Part shown: positions 11,601 to 26,600 of the stretch, one piece after another
How the letters are laid out: each line of letters begins with the position of its first letter
Numbering within the stretch: position 1 is the stretch's first letter
Origin: Auanema rhodensis
Taxonomy: Eukaryota; Animalia; Nematoda
Reading direction: 5' to 3'
Assembly: GCA_964057225.1 (NCBI GenBank)
Contig: OZ059898.1
Span: 3,410,001 to 3,474,000, forward strand
DNA length: 64,000 bases
The notes under the pieces: generated by a model
What the model saw: only the letters and a program-made list of their open reading frames with translations
What the model was told of the DNA's origin: nothing
Database searches by the model: none
Position numbers and translations under genes: made by a program

Positions 11601-14600
11601 ATGTTTTTGGAAGCAATGTTGAGTGTACATGGAAACTCAACATACACTATTGCATCATTTTTCTAACGATCATAACTAATTTTTGTATTAAGCTTTTCTC
11701 AATGTAGTATAGTGCATTCGATGCGGATTTTTAAGCTGCGTCGATCTGTGTTATCAGATTTGCGCTAGCTTAAAAATGCACCGAGATATCAACTGATATA
11801 AGTTCACACTTATATCCTCGATTTTCACCCTGAAGAATTAATTTTCTCGTTGAATAACATTGTCCATCGTCTTTGCCTTGAAAAAAGGAATCTAAAAACA
11901 TCTACTTTTTGCTAAATTATTTTGAAATTTTCCGAAAAAATTTTTGTCAAAATGTTTTTGGAAGCAATGTTGAGTGTACATGGAAACTCAACATACACTA
12001 ATGCATCATTTTTCAAACGATCATAACTAATTTTTGTATTAAGCGTTTTTCAATGTAGTATAGTGCATTCGATGCGGATTTTTAAGCTGCGTCGATCTGT
12101 GTTATCAGATTTGCGCTAGCTTAAAAATGCACTGAGATATCAACTGATATAAATTCACACTTATATCCTCGATTTTCACCCTGAAGAAATAATTTTTTCG
12201 TTGAATAACATTGTCCATCGTCTTTGCCTTGAAAAAAGGAATCTAAAAACATCTACTTTTTGCTAAATTATTTTGAAATTTTTCGAAAAAATTTTTGTCA
12301 AAATTTTTTGGAAGCAATGTTGAGTGTACATGGAAACTCAACATACACTAATGCATCATTTTTCAAACGATCATAACTAATTTTTGTATTAAGCGTTTTT
12401 CAATGTAGTGTAGTGCATTCGATGCGGATTTTTAAGCTGCGTCGATCTGTGTTATCAGATTTGCTCTAGCTTAAAAATGCACCGAGATATCAACTGATAT
12501 AAGTTCACACTTATATCCTCGATTTTCATCCTGAAGAATTAATTTTTTCGTTGAATAACATTGTCCATCGTCTTTGCCTTGAAAAATCGAATCTAAAAAC
12601 ATCTACTTTTTGCTAAATTATTCTGAAATTTTTCGAAAAAATTTTTGTCAAAATATTTTTGGAAGCAATGTTGAGTGTACATGGAAACTCAACATACACT
12701 ATTGCATCATTTTTCTAACGATCATAACTAATTTTTGTATTAAGCTTTTCTCAATGTAGTATAGTGCATTCGATGCGGATTTTTAAGCTGCGTCGATCTG
12801 TGTTATCAGATTTGCGCTAGCTTAAAAATGCACCGAGATATCAACTGATATAAGTTCACACTTATATCCTCGATTTTCACCCTGAAGAATTAATTTTCTC
12901 GTTGAATAACATTGTCCATCGTCTTTGCCTTGAAAAAAGGAATCTAAAAACATCTACTTTTTGCTAAATTATTTTGAAATTTTCCGAAAAAATTTTTGTC
13001 AAAATGTTTTTGGAAGCAATGTTGAGTGTACATGGAAACTCAACATACACTAATGCATCATTTTTCAAACGATCATAACTAATTTTTGTATTAAGCGTTT
13101 TTCAATGTAGTGTAGTGCATTCGATGCGGATTTTTAAGCTGCGTCGATCTGTGTTATCAGATTTGCTCTAGCTCAAAAATGCACCGAGATATCAACTGAT
13201 ATAAGTTCACACTTATATCCTCGATTTTCATCCTGAAGAATTAATTTTTTCGTTGAATAACATTGTCCATCGTCTTTGCCTTGAAAAATCGAATCTAAAA
13301 ACATCTACTTTTTGCTAAATTATTTTGAAATTTTTCGAAAAAATTTTTGTCAAAATGTTTTTGGAAGCAATGTTGAGTGTACATGGAAACTCAACATACA
13401 CTAATGCATCATTTTTCAAACGATCATAACTAATTTTTGTATTAAGCTTTTCTCAATGTAGTATAGTGCATTCGATGCGGATTTTTAAGCTGCGTCGATC
13501 TGTGTTATCAGATTTGCGCTAGCTTAAAAATGCACCGAGATATCAATTGATATAAGTTCACACTTATATCCTCGATTTTCACCCTGAAGAATTAATTTTT
13601 TCGTTGAATAACATTGTCTATCGTCTTTGCCTTGAAAAATGGAATCTAAAAACATCTACTTTTTGCTAAATTATTCTGAAATTTTTCGAAAAAATTTTTG
13701 TCAAAATATTTTTGGAAGCAATGTTGAGTGTACATGGAAACTCAACATACACTATTGCATCATTTTTCTAACGATCATAACTAATTTTTGTATTAAGCTT
13801 TTCTCAATGTAGTATAGTGCATTCGATGCGGATTTTTAAGCTGCGTCGATCTGTGTTATCAGATTTGCGCTAGCTTAAAAATGCACCGAGATATCAACTG
13901 ATATAAGTTCACACTTATATCCTCGATTTTCACCCTGAAGAATTAATTTTCTCGTTGAATAACATTGTCCATCGTCTTTGCCTTGAAAAAAGGAATCTAA
14001 AAACATCTACTTTTTGCTAAATTATTTTGAAATTTTCCGAAAAAATTTTTGTCAAAATGTTTTTGGAAGCAATGTTGAGTGTACATGGAAACTCAACATA
14101 CACTAATGCATCATTTTTCAAACGATCATAACTAATTTTTGTATTAAGCGTTTTTCAATGTAGTATAGTGCATTCGATGCGGATTTTTAAGCTGCGTCGA
14201 TCTGTGTTATCAGATTTGCGCTAGCTTAAAAATGCACTGAGATATCAACTGATATAAATTCACACTTATATCCTCGATTTTCACCCTGAAGAAATAATTT
14301 TTTCGTTGAATAACATTGTCCATCGTCTTTGCCTTGAAAAAAGGAATCTAAAAACATCTACTTTTTGCTAAATTATTTTGAAATTTTTCGAAAAAATTTT
14401 TGTCAAAATTTTTTGGAAGCAATGTTGAGTGTACATGGAAACTCAACATACACTAATGCATCATTTTTCAAACGATCATAACTAATTTTTGTATTAAGCG
14501 TTTTTCAATGTAGTGTAGTGCATTCGATGCGGATTTTTAAGCTGCGTCGATCTGTGTTATCAGATTTGCTCTAGCTTAAAAATGCACCGAGATATCAACT

Positions 14601-17600
14601 GATATAAGTTCACACTTATATCCTCGATTTTCATCCTGAAGAATTAATTTTTTCGTTGAATAACATTGTCCATCGTCTTTGCCTTGAAAAATCGAATCTA
14701 AAAACATCTACTTTTCGCTAAATTATTTTGAAATTTTTCGAAAAAATTTTTGTCAAAATGTTTTTGGAAGCAATGTTGAGTGTACATGGAAACTCAACAT
14801 ACACTAATGCATCATTTTTCAAACGATCATAACTAATTTTTGTATTAAGCTTTTCTCAATGTAGTATAGTGCATTCGATGCGGATTTTTAAGCTGCGTCG
14901 ATCTGTGTTATCAGATTTGCGCTAGCTTAAAAATGCACCGAGATATCAACTGATATAAGTTCACACTTATATCCTCGATTTTCACCCTGAAGAAATAATT
15001 TTTTCGTTGAATAACATTGTCCATCGTCTTTGCCTTGAAAAAAGGAATCTAAAAACATCTACTTTTTGCTAAATTATTTTGAAATTTTTCGAAAAAATTT
15101 TTGTCAAAATTTTTTGGAAGCAATGTTGAGTGTACATGGAAACTCAACATACACTAATGCATCATTTTTCAAACGATCATAACTAATTTTTGTATCAAGC
15201 GTTTTTCAATGTAGTATAGTGCATTCGATGCGGATTTTTAAGCTGCGTCGATCTGTGTTATCAGATTTGCGCTAGCTTAAAAATGCACCGAGATATCAAC
15301 TGATATAAGTTCACACTTATATCCTCGATTTTCACCCTGAAGAAATAATTTTTTCGTTGAATAACATTGTCCATCGTCTTTGCCTTGAAAAAAGGAATCT
15401 AAAAACATCTACTTTTTGCTAAATTATTTTGAAATTTTTCGAAAAAATTTTTGTCAAAATTTTTTGGAAGCAATGTTGAGTGTACATGGAAACTCAACAT
15501 ACACTAATGCATCATTTTTCAAACGATCATAACTAATTTTTGTATCAAGCTTTTCTCAATGTAGTATAGTGCATTCGATGCGGATTTTTAAGCTGCGTCG
15601 ATCTGTGTTATCAGATTTGCGCTAGCTTAAAAATGCACCGAGATATCAACTGATATAAGTTCACACTTATATCCTCGATTTTCACCCTGAAGAATTAATT
15701 TTTTCGTTGAATAACATTGTCTATCGTCTTTGCCTTGAAAAAAGGAATCTAAAAACATCTACTTTTTGCTAAATTATTTTGAAATTTTCCGAAAAAATTT
15801 TTGTCAAAATGTTTTTGGAAGCAATGTTGAGTGTACATGGAAACTCAACATACACTATTGCATCATTTTTCAAACGATCATAACTAATTTTTGTATTAAG
15901 CGTTTTTCAATGTAGTATAGTGCATTCGATGCGGATTTTTAAGCTGCGTCGATCTGTGTTATCAGATTTGCGCTAGCTTAAAAATGCACTGAGATATCAA
16001 CTGATATAAATTCACACTTATATCCTCGATTTTCACCCTGAAGAAATAATTTTTTCGTTGAATAACATTGTCCATCGTCTTTGCCTTGAAAAAAGGAATC
16101 TAAAAACATCTACTTTTTGCTAAATTATTTTGAAATTTTTCGAAAAAATTTTTGTCAAAATTTTTTGGAAGCAATGTTGAGTGTACATGGAAACTCAACA
16201 TACACTAATGCATCATTTTTCAAACGATCATAACTAATTTTTGTATTAAGCGTTTTTCAATGTAGTGTAGTGCATTCGATGCGGATTTTTAAGCTGCGTC
16301 GATCTGTGTTATCAGATTTGCGCTAGCTTAAAAATGCACCGAGATATCAACTGATATAAGTTCACACTTATATCCTCGATTTTCATCCTGAAGAATTAAT
16401 TTTTTCGTTGAATAACATTGTCCATCGTCTTTGCCTTGAAAAATCGAATCTAAAAACATCTACTTTTCGCTAAATTATTTTGAAATTTTTCGAAAAAATT
16501 TTTGTCAAAATGTTTTTGGAAGCAATGTTGAGTGTACATGGAAACTCAACATACACTAATGCATCATTTTTCAAACGATCATAACTAATTTTTGTATCAA
16601 GCGTTTTTCAATGTAGTATAGTGCATTCGATGCGGATTTTTAAGCTGCGTCGATCTGTGTTATCAGATTTGCGCTAGCTTAAAAATGCACCGAGATATCA
16701 ACTGATATAAGTTCACACTTATATCCTCGATTTTCATCCTGAAGAATTAATTTTTTCGTTGAATAACATTGTCCATCGTCTTTGCCTTGAAAAAAGGAAT
16801 CTAAAAACATCTACTTTTTGCTAAATTATTTTGAAATTTTTCGAAAAAATTTTTGTCAAAATTTTTTGGAAGCAATGTTGAGTGTACATGGAAACTCAAC
16901 ATACACTAATGCATCATTTTTCAAACGATCATAACTAATTTTTGTATCAAGCGTTTTTCAATGTAGTATAGTGCATTCGATGCGGATTTTTAAGCTGCGT
17001 CGATCTGTGTTATCAGATTTGCGCTAGCTTAAAAATGCACCGAGATATCAATTGATATAAGTTCACACTTATATCCTCGATTTTCACCCTGAAGAATTAA
17101 TTTTTTCGTTGAATAACATTGTCTATCGTCTTTGCCTTGAAAAATGGAATCTAAAAACATCTACTTTTTGCTAAATTATTCTGAAATTTTTCGAAAAAAT
17201 TTTTGTCAAAATATTTTTGGAAGCAATGTTGAGTGTACATGGAAACTCAACATACACTATTGCATCATTTTTCTAACGATCATAACTAATTTTTGTATTA
17301 AGCTTTTCTCAATGTAGTATAGTGCATTCGATGCGGATTTTTAAGCTGCGTCGATCTGTGTTATCAGATTTGCGCTAGCTTAAAAATGCACTGAGATATC
17401 AACTGATATAAATTCACACTTATATCCTCGATTTTCACCCTGAAGAAATAATTTTTTCGTTGAATAACATTGTCCATCGTCTTTGCCTTGAAAAAAGGAA
17501 TCTAAAAACATCTACTTTTTGCTAAATTATTTTGAAATTTTTCGAAAAAATTTTTGTCAAAATTTTTTGGAAGCAATGTTGAGTGTACATGGAAACTCAA

Positions 17601-20600
17601 CATACACTAATGCATCATTTTTCAAACGATCATAACTAATTTTTGTATTAAGCGTTTTTCAATGTAGTGTAGTGCATTCGATGCGGATTTTTAAGCTGCG
17701 TCGATCTGTGTTATCAGATTTGCTCTAGCTTAAAAATGCACCGAGATATCAACTGATATAAGTTCACACTTATATCCTCGATTTTCATCCTGAAGAATTA
17801 ATTTTTTCGTTGAATAACATTGTCCATCGTCTTTGCCTTGAAAAATCGAATCTAAAAACATCTACTTTTCGCTAAATTATTTTGAAATTTTTCGAAAAAA
17901 TTTTTGTCAAAATGTTTTTGGAAGCAATGTTGAGTGTACATGGAAACTCAACATACACTAATGCATCATTTTTCAAACGATCATAACTAATTTTTGTATC
18001 AAGCGTTTTTCAATGTAGTATAGTGCATTCGATGCGGATTTTTAAGCTGCGTCGATCTGTGTTATCAGATTTGCGCTAGCTTAAAAATGCACCGAGATAT
18101 CAACTGATATAAGTTCACACTTATATCCTCGATTTTCATCCTGAAGAATTAATTTTTTCGTTGAATAACATTGTCCATCGTCTTTGCCTTGAAAAATCGA
18201 ATCTAAAAACATCTACTTTTTGCTAAATTATTTTGAAATTTTCCGAAAAAATTTTTGTCAAAATGTTTTTGGAAGCAATGTTGAGTGTACATGGAAACTC
18301 AACATACACTAATGCATCATTTTTCAAACGATCATAACTAATTTTTGTATTAAGCGTTTTTCAATGTAGTATAGTGCATTCGATGCGGATTTTTAAGCTG
18401 CGTCGATCTGTGTTATCAGATTTGCGCTAGCTTAAAAATGCACCGAGATATCAATTGATATAAGTTCACACTTATATCCTCGATTTTCACCCTGAAGAAT
18501 TAATTTTTTCGTTGAATAACATTGTCTATCGTCTTTGCCTTGAAAAATGGAATCTAAAAACATCTACTTTTTGCTAAATTATTCTGAAATTTTTCGAAAA
18601 AATTTTTGTCAAAATATTTTTGGAAGCAATGTTGAGTGTACATGGAAACTCAACATACACTAATGCATCATTTTTCAAACGATCATAACTAATTTTTGTA
18701 TTAAGCGTTTTTCAATGTAGTGTAGTGCATTCGATGCGGATTTTTAAGCTGCGTCGATCTGTGTTATCAGATTTGCTCTAGCTTAAAAATGCACCGAGAT
18801 ATCAACTGATATAAGTTCACACTTATATCCTCGATTTTCATCCTGAAGAATTAATTTTTTCGTTGAATAACATTGTCCATCGTCTTTGCCTTGAAAAATC
18901 GAATCTAAAAACATCTACTTTTCGCTAAATTATTTTGAAATTTTTCGAAAAAATTTTTGTCAAAATGTTTTTGGAAGCAATGTTGAGTGTACATGGAAAC
19001 TCAACATACACTAATGCATCATTTTTCAAACGATCATAACTAATTTTTGTATCAAGCGTTTTTCAATGTAGTATAGTGCATTCGATGCGGATTTTTAAGC
19101 TGCGTCGATCTGTGTTATCAGATTTGCGCTAGCTTAAAAATGCACCGAGATATCAACTGATATAAGTTCACACTTATATCCTCGATTTTCATCCTGAAGA
19201 ATTAATTTTTTCGTTGAATAACATTGTCCATCGTCTTTGCCTTGAAAAATCGAATCTAAAAACATCTACTTTTTGCTAAATTATTTTGAAATTTTCCGAA
19301 AAAATTTTTGTCAAAATGTTTTTGGAAGCAATGTTGAGTGTACATGGAAACTCAACATACACTAATGCATCATTTTTCAAACGATCATAACTAATTTTTG
19401 TATTAAGCGTTTTTCAATGTAGTATAGTGCATTCGATGCGGATTTTTAAGCTGCGTCGATCTGTGTTATCAGATTTGCGCTAGCTTAAAAATGCACCGAG
19501 ATATCAATTGATATAAGTTCACACTTATATCCTCGATTTTCACCCTGAAGAATTAATTTTTTCGTTGAATAACATTGTCTATCGTCTTTGCCTTGAAAAA
19601 TGGAATCTAAAAACATCTACTTTTTGCTAAATTATTCTGAAATTTTTCGAAAAAATTTTTGTCAAAATATTTTTGGAAGCAATGTTGAGTGTACATGGAA
19701 ACTCAACATACACTATTGCATCATTTTTCTAACGATCATAACTAATTTTTGTATTAAGCTTTTCTCAATGTAGTATAGTGCATTCGATGCGGATTTTTAA
19801 GCTGCGTCGATCTGTGTTATCAGATTTGCGCTAGCTTAAAAATGCACCGAGATATCAACTGATATAAGTTCACACTTATATCCTCGATTTTCACCCTGAA
19901 GAATTAATTTTCTCGTTGAATAACATTGTCCATCGTCTTTGCCTTGAAAAAAGGAATCTAAAAACATCTACTTTTTGCTAAATTATTTTGAAATTTTCCG
20001 AAAAAATTTTTGTCAAAATGTTTTTGGAAGCAATGTTGAGTGTACATGGAAACTCAACATACACTATTGCATCATTTTTCTAACGATCATAACTAATTTT
20101 TGTATTAAGCTTTTCTCAATGTAGTATAGTGCATTCGATACGGATTTTTAAGCTGCGTCGATCTGTGTTATCAGATTTGCGCTAGCTTAAAAATGCACTG
20201 AGATATCAACTGATATAAATTCACACTTATATCCTCGATTTTCACCCTGAAGAAATAATTTTTTCGTTGAATAACATTGTCCATCGTCTTTGCCTTGAAA
20301 AAAGGAATCTAAAAACATCTACTTTTTGCTAAATTATTTTGAAATTTTTCGAAAAAATTTTTGTCAAAATTTTTTGGAAGCAATGTTGAGTGTACATGGA
20401 AACTCAACATACACTAATGCATCATTTTTCAAACGATCATAACTAATTTTTGTATTAAGCGTTTTTCAATGAAGTGTAGTGCATTCGATGCGGATTTTTA
20501 AGCTGCGTCGATCTGTGTTATCAGATTTGCTCTAGCTTAAAAATGCACCGAGATATCAACTGATATAAGTTCACACTTATATCCTCGATTTTCATCCTGA

Positions 20601-23600
20601 AGAATTAATTTTTTCGTTGAATAACATTGTCCATCGTCTTTGCCTTGAAAAATCGAATCTAAAAACATCTACTTTTCGCTAAATTATTTTGAAATTTTTC
20701 GAAAAAATTTTTGTCAAAATGTTTTTGGAAGCAATGTTGAGTGTACATGGAAACTCAACATACACTAATGCATCATTTTTCAAACGATCATAACTAATTT
20801 TTGTATCAAGCGTTTTTCAATGTAGTATAGTGCATTCGATGCGGATTTTTAAGCTGCGTCGATCTGTGTTATCAGATTTGCGCTAGCTTAAAAATGCACC
20901 GAGATATCAACTGATATAAGTTCACACTTATATCCTCGATTTTCATCCTGAAGAATTAATTTTTTCGTTGAATAACATTGTCCATCGTCTTTGCCTTGAA
21001 AAATTGAATCTAAAAACATCTACTTTTTGCTAAATTATTTTGAAATTTTCCGAAAAAATTTTTGTCAAAATGTTTTTGGAAGCAATGTTGAGTGTACATG
21101 GAAACTCAACATACACTAATGCATCATTTTTCAAACGATCATAACTAATTTTTGTATTAAGCGTTTTTCAATGTAGTATAGTGCATTCGATGCGGATTTT
21201 TAAGCTGCGTCGTTCTGTGTTATCAGATTTGCGCTAGCTTAAAAATGCACCGAGATATCAATTGATATAAGTTCACACTTATATCCTCGATTTTCACCCT
21301 GAAGAATTAATTTTTTCGTTGAATAACATTGTCCATCGTCTTTGCCTTGAAAAATCGAATCTAAAAACATCTACTTTTTGCTAAATTATTTTGAAATTTT
21401 CCGAAAAAATTTTTGTCAAAATATTTTTGGAAGCAATGTTGAGTGTACATGGAAACTCAACATACACTATTGCATCATTTTTCTAACGATCATAACTAAT
21501 TTTTGTATTAAGCTTTTCTCAATGTAGTATAGTGCATTCGATGCGGATTTTTAAGCTGCGTCGATCTGTGTTATCAGATTTGCGCTAGCTTAAAAATGCA
21601 CCGAGATATCAACTGATATAAGTTCACACTTATATCCTCGATTTTCACCCTGAAGAATTAATTTTCTCGTTGAATAACATTGTCCATCGTCTTTGCCTTG
21701 AAAAAAGGAATCTAAAAACATCTACTTTTTGCTAAATTATTCTGAAATTTTTCGAAAAAATTTTTGTCAAAATGTTTTTGGAAGCAATGTTGAGTGTACA
21801 TGGAAACTCAACATACACTAATGCATCATTTTTCAAACGATCATAACTAATTTTTGTATTAAGCGTTTTTCAATGTAGTGTAGTGCATTCGATGCGGATT
21901 TTTAAGCTGCGTCGATCTGTGTTATCAGATTTGCTCTAGCTTAAAAATGCACCGAGATATCAACTGATATAAGTTCACACTTATATCCTCGATTTTCATC
22001 CTGAAGAATTAATTTTTTCGTTGAATAACATTGTCCATCGTCTTTGCCTTGAAAAATCGAATCTAAAAACATCTACTTTTCGCTAAATTATTTTGAAATT
22101 TTTCGAAAAAATTTTTGTCAAAATGTTTTTGGAAGCAATGTTGAGTGTACATGGAAACTCAACATACACTAATGCATCATTTTTCAAACGATCATAACTA
22201 ATTTTTGTATCAAGCGTTTTTCAATGTAGTATAGTGCATTCGATGCGGATTTTTAAGCTGCGTCGATCTGTGTTATCAGATTTGCGCTAGCTTAAAAATG
22301 CACCGAGATATCAACTGATATAAGTTCACACTTATATCCTCGATTTTCACCCTGAAGAATTAATTTTCTCGTTGAATAACATTGTCCATCGTCTTTGCCT
22401 TGAAAAAAGGAATCTAAAAACATCTACTTTTTGCTAAATTATTTTGAAATTTTCCGAAAAAATTTTTGTCAAAATGTTTTTGGAAGCAATGTTGAGTGTA
22501 CATGGAAACTCAACATACACTAATGCATCATTTTTCAAACGATCATAACTAATTTTTGTATTAAGCGTTTTTCAATGTAGTATAGTGCATTCGATGCGGA
22601 TTTTTAAGCTGCGTCGATCTGTGTTATCAGATTTGCGCTAGCTTAAAAATGCACCGAGATATCAACTGATATAAGTTCACACTTATATCCTCGATTTTCA
22701 CCCTGAAGAATTAATTTTCTCGTTGAATAACATTGTCCATCGTCTTTGCCTTGAAAAAAGGAATCTAAAAACATCTACTTTTTGCTAAATTATTCTGAAA
22801 TTTTTCGAAAAAATTTTTGTCAAAATGTTTTTGGAAGCAATGTTGAGTGTACATGGAAACTCAACATACACTAATGCATCATTTTTCAAACGATCATAAC
22901 TAATTTTTGTATTAAGCGTTTTTCAATGTAGTGTAGTGCATTCGATGCGGATTTTTAAGCTGCGTCGATCTGTGTTATCAGATTTGCTCTAGCTTAAAAA
23001 TGCACCGAGATATCAACTGATATAAGTTCACACTTATATCCTCGATTTTCATCCTGAAGAATTAATTTTTTCGTTGAATAACATTGTCCATCGTCTTTGC
23101 CTTGAAAAATCGAATCTAAAAACATCTACTTTTCGCTAAATTATTTTGAAATTTTTCGAAAAAATTTTTGTCAAAATGTTTTTGGAAGCAATGTTGAGTG
23201 TACATGGAAACTCAACATACACTAATGCATCATTTTTCAAACGATCATAACTAATTTTTGTATCAAGCGTTTTTCAATGTAGTATAGTGCATTCGATGCG
23301 GATTTTTAAGCTGCGTCGATCTGTGTTATCAGATTTGCGCTAGCTTAAAAATGCACCGAGATATCAACTGATATAAGTTCACACTTATATCCTCGATTTT
23401 CACCCTGAAGAATTAATTTTCTCGTTGAATAACATTGTCCATCGTCTTTGCCTTGAAAAAAGGAATCTAAAAACATCTACTTTTTGCTAAATTATTTTGA
23501 AATTTTCCGAAAAAATTTTTGTCAAAATGTTTTTGGAAGCAATGTTGAGTGTACATGGAAACTCAACATACACTAATGCATCATTTTTCAAACGATCATA

Positions 23601-26600
23601 ACTAATTTTTGTATTAAGCGTTTTTCAATGTAGTATAGTGCATTCGATGCGGATTTTTAAGCTGCGTCGATCTGTGTTATCAGATTTGCGCTAGCTTAAA
23701 AATGCACCGAGATATCAACTGATATAAGTTCACACTTATATCCTCGATTTTCACCCTGAAGAATTAATTTTCTCGTTGAATAACATTGTCCATCGTCTTT
23801 GCCTTGAAAAAAGGAATCTAAAAACATCTACTTTTTGCTAAATTATTTTGAAATTTTTCGAAAAAAGTTTTGTCAAAATGTTTTTGGAAGCAATGTTGAG
23901 TGTACATGGAAACTCAACATACACTAATGCATCATTTTTCAAACGATCATAACTAATTTTTGTATCAAGCTTTTCTCAATGTAGTATAGTGCATTCGATG
24001 CGGATTTTTAAGCTGCGTCGATCTGTGTTATCAGATTTGCGCTAGCTTAAAAATGCACCGAGATATCAACTGATATAAGTTCACACTTATATCCTCGATT
24101 TTCACCCTGAAGAATTAATTTTCTCGTTGAATAACATTGTCCATCGTCTTTGCCTTGAAAAAAGGAATCTAAAAACATCTACTTTTTGCTAAATTATTTT
24201 GAAATTTTCCGAAAAAATTTTTGTCAAAATGTTTTTGGAAGCAATGTTGAGTGTACATGGAAACTCAACATACACTATTGCATCATTTTTCTAACGATCA
24301 TAACTAATTTTTGTATTAAGCTTTTCTCAATGTAGTATAGTGCATTCGATGCGGATTTTTAAGCTGCGTCGATCTGTGTTATCAGATTTGCGCTAGCTTA
24401 AAAATGCACCGAGATATCAATTGATATAAGTTCACACTTATATCCTCGATTTTCACCCTGAAGAATTAATTTTTTCGTTGAATAACATTGTCTATCGTCT
24501 TTGCCTTGAAAAATGGAATCTAAAAACATCTACTTTTTGCTAAATTATTCTGAAATTTTTCGAAAAAATTTTTGTCAAAATATTTTTGGAAGCAATGTTG
24601 AGTGTACATGGAAACTCAACATACACTATTGCATCATTTTTCTAACGATCATAACTAATTTTTGTATTAAGCTTTTCTCAATGTAGTATAGTGCATTCGA
24701 TGCGGATTTTTAAGCTGCGTCGATCTGTGTTATCAGATTTGCGCTAGCTTAAAAATGCACTGAGATATCAACTGATATAAATTCACACTTATATCCTCGA
24801 TTTTCATCCTGAAGAATTAATTTTTTCGTTGAATAACATTGTCCATCGTCTTTGCCTTGAAAAATCGAATCTAAAAACATCTACTTTTCGCTAAATTATT
24901 TTGAAATTTTTCGAAAAAATTTTTGTCAAAATGTTTTTGGAAGCAATGTTGAGTGTACATGGAAACTCAACATACACTAATGCATCATTTTTCAAACGAT
25001 CATAACTAATTTTTGTATCAAGCGTTTTTCAATGTAGTATAGTGCATTCGATGCGGATTTTTAAGCTGCGTCGATCTGTGTTATCAGATTTGCGCTAGCT
25101 TAAAAATGCACCGAGATATCAACTGATATAAGTTCACACTTATATCCTCGATTTTCATCCTGAAGAATTAATTTTTTCGTTGAATAACATTGTCCATCGT
25201 CTTTGCCTTGAAAAATCGAATCTAAAAACATCTACTTTTTGCTAAATTATTTTGAAATTTTCCGAAAAAATTTTTGTCAAAATGTTTTTGGAAGCAATGT
25301 TGAGTGTACATGGAAACTCAACATACACTAATGCATCATTTTTCAAACGATCATAACTAATTTTTGTATTAAGCGTTTTTCAATGTAGTATAGTGCATTC
25401 GATGCGGATTTTTAAGCTGCGTCGATCTGTGTTATCAGATTTGCGCTAGCTTAAAAATGCACCGAGATATCAATTGATATAAGTTCACACTTATATCCTC
25501 GATTTTCACCCTGAAGAATTAATTTTTTCGTTGAATAACATTGTCTATCGTCTTTGCCTTGAAAAATGGAATCTAAAAACATCTACTTTTTGCTAAATTA
25601 TTCTGAAATTTTTCGAAAAAATTTTTGTCAAAATATTTTTGGAAGCAATGTTGAGTGTACATGGAAACTCAACATACACTATTGCATCATTTTTCTAACG
25701 ATCATAACTAATTTTTGTATTAAGCTTTTCTCAATGTAGTATAGTGCATTCGATGCGGATTTTTAAGCTGCGTCGATCTGTGTTATCAGATTTGCGCTAG
25801 CTTAAAAATGCACCGAGATATCAACTGATATAAGTTCACACTTATATCCTCGATTTTCACCCTGAAGAATTAATTTTCTCGTTGAATAACATTGTCCATC
25901 GTCTTTGCCTTGAAAAATCGAATCTAAAAACATCTACTTTTTGCTAAATTATTTTGAAATTTTCCGAAAAAATTTTTGTCAAAATGTTTTTGGAAGCAAT
26001 GTTGAGTGTACATGGAAACTCAACATACACTAATGCATCATTTTTCAAACGATCATAACTAATTTTTGTATTAAGCGTTTTTCAATGTAGTATAGTGCAT
26101 TCGATGCGGATTTTTAAGCTGCGTCGATCTGTGTTATCAGATTTGCGCTAGCTTAAAAATGCACTGAGATATCAACTGATATAAATTCACACTTATATCC
26201 TCGATTTTCACCCTGAAGAAATAATTTTTTCGTTGAATAACATTGTCCATCGTCTTTGCCTTGAAAAAAGGAATCTAAAAACATCTACTTTTTGCTAAAT
26301 TATTTTGAAATTTTTCGAAAAAATTTTTGTCAAAATTTTTTGGAAGCAATGTTGAGTGTACATGGAAACTCAACATACACTAATGCATCATTTTTCAAAC
26401 GATCATAACTAATTTTTGTATTAAGCGTTTTTCAATGTAGTGTAGTGCATTCGATGCGGATTTTTAAGCTGCGTCGATCTGTGTTATCAGATTTGCTCTA
26501 GCTTAAAAATGCACCGAGATATCAACTGATATAAGTTCACACTTATATCCTCGATTTTCATCCTGAAGAATTAATTTTTTCGTTGAATAACATTGTCCAT

